DNA from: a phage
Strand: one strand, 5' to 3'
DNA: 64,000 bases
Assembly: GCA_014435945.1 (NCBI GenBank)
Contig: GCA_014435945.1_4088.1
Position 1 is the first letter of the stretch. Every line of letters begins with the position of its first letter. The position numbers and the translations under genes are program-made. Positions 61,365 through 64,000 of the stretch are shown piece after piece. Below the pieces are notes generated by a model that was given only the letters and a program-made list of their open reading frames with translations, was not told the origin of the DNA and made no database searches.

Positions 61365-62330
61365 GTGAAAAAGCTTGATTTAAATGCAATTTCTGAAGAA
61401 GTACTGGATGAGTGTTTTGCTAGTGAAGAAGTCAACGTATTAGAGGCTCTTGATTCCGTCGAAGAAGAAGAACATGACGGTCACAAGTTTGAGAAACCAA
61501 AAACAGGTATCAGCTTAACTCGCCCTAAAGGGATAACGAATGAAATGCTCATCCAAGCAGTGCGTGATGGCATAGACGTTGAAAAGAACATTGACCTTTT
61601 GGTTCGCTACAACTATCCAATGGTAGTAAGTGTTGCACGTAAGTGTACATGTTTTATCCCATTTGAAGATAAGATTTCTTATGGTGTTGAAGGTTTAATG
61701 CGAGCAATTCATACGTTCGACACTACCAAAAATGTTAAGTTCATTACATATGCAACAACAACTGTGTACATGACAATCTATAACGAAAGTGCAGATGCTA
61801 ATTATCTAGTGCATTTCCCACGTTATATGAGTGTTAATAACATTTATGTGAAACGCTGTGTAGAAGAGTATCAAATGAAACATGGTAAATACCCAACTCC
61901 TGAGATGGTGTCAAAAGAGACTGGTATTGAGATTCAACACGTTAAGAATTGTCTAACTTACAATAACACTTATGTAGCATTGAATATGAAAATGAGTAAT
62001 GATTCAGAAAGTACATTATCTGACATTGTTACTTCAGTTGAACCTGATTACAACTTAGGCGTAGAAACTGTCAGTACCCCACTGGTACAAAGTATTGCAG
62101 AAATGATGAGTAACCTATCTGCCAAAGACCGTGAATTGATTGAACGTGTACATGGTATTGGTTCTTATTCTGAACCAGAAACGCTACGAGAAATCATTGA
62201 GAGTGGTTTTGAAGATGAGAAGGGTAAGGTCATGACTGCTCGTTCTTCATTGCACCGTAAGTACTCTGAAGCAATGGAACGACTGCGTAAGATGGTTAAG
62301 ACAAAAGGTTATGAGTTCGAAGATTTTTAA
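61365..62330 (+). CDS. sigma-70 family RNA polymerase sigma factor
   Basis: Region 2-like YGVEGLMRAIHTFD...KFITYATTTV and C-terminal region 4-like helix-turn-helix; GTG start after GGAGAAG SD. Confidence 0.6.
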   Translation: MKKLDLNAISEEVLDECFASEEVNVLEALDSVEEEEHDGHKFEKPKTGISLTRPKGITNEMLIQAVRDGIDVEKNIDLLVRYNYPMVVSVARKCTCFIPFEDKISYGVEGLMRAIHTFDTTKNVKFITYATTTVYMTIYNESADANYLVHFPRYMSVNNIYVKRCVEEYQMKHGKYPTPEMVSKETGIEIQHVKNCLTYNNTYVALNMKMSNDSESTLSDIVTSVEPDYNLGVETVSTPLVQSIAEMMSNLSAKDRELIERVHGIGSYSEPETLREIIESGFEDEKGKVMTARSSLHRKYSEAMERLRKMVKTKGYEFEDF

Positions 62331-62337
62331 GATTAAA

Positions 62338-62365
62338 GGGTTGACTTCTGTCAGCCCTTTTTTTA
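62338..62365 (+). terminator. intrinsic terminator after sigma factor gene
   Basis: GGGTTGAC / GTCAGCCC then TTTTTTT. Confidence 0.6.
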
Positions 62366-62898
62366 TGGGACAAATTTATTAATGGTGATACAATGATCTA
62401 TGTACAATCACAATGACAGTACTGGTACTGACAATCTTCCCCTACTTCACTTGAAAATGTAAAGGATAGATGAGCTTTTCATTGTAGCGAACAGCAAAAG
62501 AAACCCGTTAGATGTGGGCATAGTTTGAACCCCTCACGGCAATGCGGCTGTATAAAGAACCACGTTAGGATAGCTGGTGGTTCCTCGATAGACATATAAG
62601 GATAACACCTTACGAATTATCTAAGGGAGAGTTATCGAATTTTGTACAGGAAAGTTGCGTCCAAAATTTGAGTACTCACATTAAGTATTTGATTGCATAG
62701 ATACTTAATGAAGATACACTATGTTTAAAAGTGTAGACCGTCATATGAAACTGAAGTAGAGAGAAACAGGATGACCCGCTTTCGCACTCATTATGAGTAA
62801 TCTTCAATGCAATAGCTCTGATACCATCAGCGTCAAATTCCCCTCCATGTGGGGGGAAGAAAAATCCCTTCCTCAAATCCCGTCAATATTAAAAGTCC

Positions 62899-62927
62899 TT
62901 GACAGTTATGATTCATTCGCGTAGAAT
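62899..62927 (+). promoter_or_regulatory. sigma70-type promoter
   Basis: TTGACA-N17-TAGAAT. Confidence 0.55.
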
Positions 62928-62991
62928 ACGTAGTATTAGAAGCGAACAGACATCTCGAAGAGATGGATGATTAACCACTAAGGAATATCTA

Positions 62992-63201
62992 ATGAATTCA
63001 GTAATCTTTTTAATTATTGCTCTTTCACCACAATCTGGTGTACAAATCACCCCAATGAATTCAATGAATCAATGCATTGCAGTACGTGACAGTACGTATG
63101 AACAAGTAAACAGCGTTTCACTTAGAACAGTTGGTGAAGAATTAATGTGGTGTTACAATAGCAATACTAAAGAGAAACTAATTGTTGGACAAACTAAATG
63201 A
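62992..63201 (+). CDS. small membrane/secreted protein
   Basis: 69-aa ORF with N-terminal hydrophobic segment. Confidence 0.35.
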   Translation: MNSVIFLIIALSPQSGVQITPMNSMNQCIAVRDSTYEQVNSVSLRTVGEELMWCYNSNTKEKLIVGQTK

Positions 63202-63425
63202 GTTATGGTGTTCGTTTTGAGATTCGTTCTATTGTTATCAATGATGAGAAACAAGCATCGTTGGATGGCGATATACGAGAACTATATCTATCATGTATCC
63301 GTGCAAAATCTGAAGCAGATGCATTATCACAAATGATTGGTTTTAATTTCTTTCATGGATACTATTTGGTACGAGTTATCGAAGTTAAAAAAGTCACTTT
63401 TGAGTGTCTTGCAGGAGAAATATAA
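63198..63425 (+). CDS. hypothetical protein
   Basis: 75-aa ORF. Confidence 0.4.
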   Translation: MSYGVRFEIRSIVINDEKQASLDGDIRELYLSCIRAKSEADALSQMIGFNFFHGYYLVRVIEVKKVTFECLAGEI

Positions 63426-63426
63426 A

Positions 63427-64000
63427 ATGAGCACTATAGATGAATTGATTCGCCGGAATTCAAAATACTACGACCCATCAGAAATTGTTGGCAACATTAC
63501 TAAATCTGAGTTCGGCCCAAATACTCGAAAACTCATTCATGTAATGTCACGTGATGGCTTTAAATGTGATTGTTGTGGTGAATCCAATGTGGTATTCACT
63601 TTACATAAACACAGTACTAAAGACCGTTATAAATTCAGACCTTATGTACTTAAAGGGAAACGCCTTGTACGCATGACGTTAGACCATAATGTACTGGACT
63701 GTCTTCAGGGCGGTAATGATAAAGAGAACATGACTGCACTGTGTGAAGATTGTAACGCATTACGCCAGCATAAGTTCGCTGAGTACAGTGAGTTTAAACA
63801 CTGGTATCATAACGCTGATCGTTCTATCGAGCCTGACGTTAACTACTGCTTTATTGAGTATATTAAGAATGCTAAAGATACATACATTCTTAAATCAATG
63901 TCACCTATTACAGTGTTCCCTGAGAATCTATTCAGTACTATGCAGCGTGATTTTAAACGTGGTATCATGAATGCATTCAAACACTTAGACAAAGGTATCA
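63427..64000 (+). mobile_element. HNH endonuclease (3' end beyond window)
   Basis: Frame open from ATG 63427 to window end; CDCCGE...LDHNV...NMTALCEDCN HNH motif. Confidence 0.6.

Noticed and set aside
62676-62876. 66-aa minus-strand ORF in the long intergenic region
   Set aside because: Antisense to local transcription, with no start context or recognisable features.
62366-64000. IscB/omega-RNA-like or retron-like system (structured RNA upstream of an HNH protein)
   Set aside because: The HNH protein starts with a free-standing HNH motif without a RuvC-like segment, two unrelated small ORFs separate it from the structured region, and no reverse transcriptase is present.

Overview
This 64-kb window reads as a densely packed, AT-rich segment of a large virulent dsDNA phage genome, transcribed almost entirely on the + strand. 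All calls were made by eye from the sequence and the supplied ORF track; no searches or tools were run. The first ~25 kb carries recognisable T4-like nucleotide-metabolism and replication genes: DHFR, an RNase HI-type protein, a Dda-like helicase, both topoisomerase II subunits, a gp44-like clamp loader, a GroES-like co-chaperonin, a DEDD exonuclease, a HAD nucleotidase and, unusually, an IF3-like translation initiation factor. The remaining ~40 kb is an accessory region of many small genes punctuated by near-consensus sigma70-type promoters (TTGACA-N17-TATAAT) and hairpin/T-run terminators, two tRNA clusters (six tRNA-like genes), HNH endonucleases, an orphan C5-cytosine methyltransferase-like gene, a NADAR-like gene and a sigma70-family sigma factor. 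The most striking feature is a family of about 21 small paralogous proteins with unrelated N-terminal regions and a shared C-terminal module centred on [DE]-E-x-x-F-Q-x-S-[TL]-[VI]-x-[DE], spread over five clusters between 30.2 and 52.8 kb; I could not assign it to any family I know. Other items worth a second look are a tandem array of MTHEEW small genes, two atypical long-variable-arm tRNA-like genes, and several ORF-poor, apparently structured intergenic regions (about 47.7-48.0 kb, 62.4-63.0 kb, 45.43-45.52 kb).
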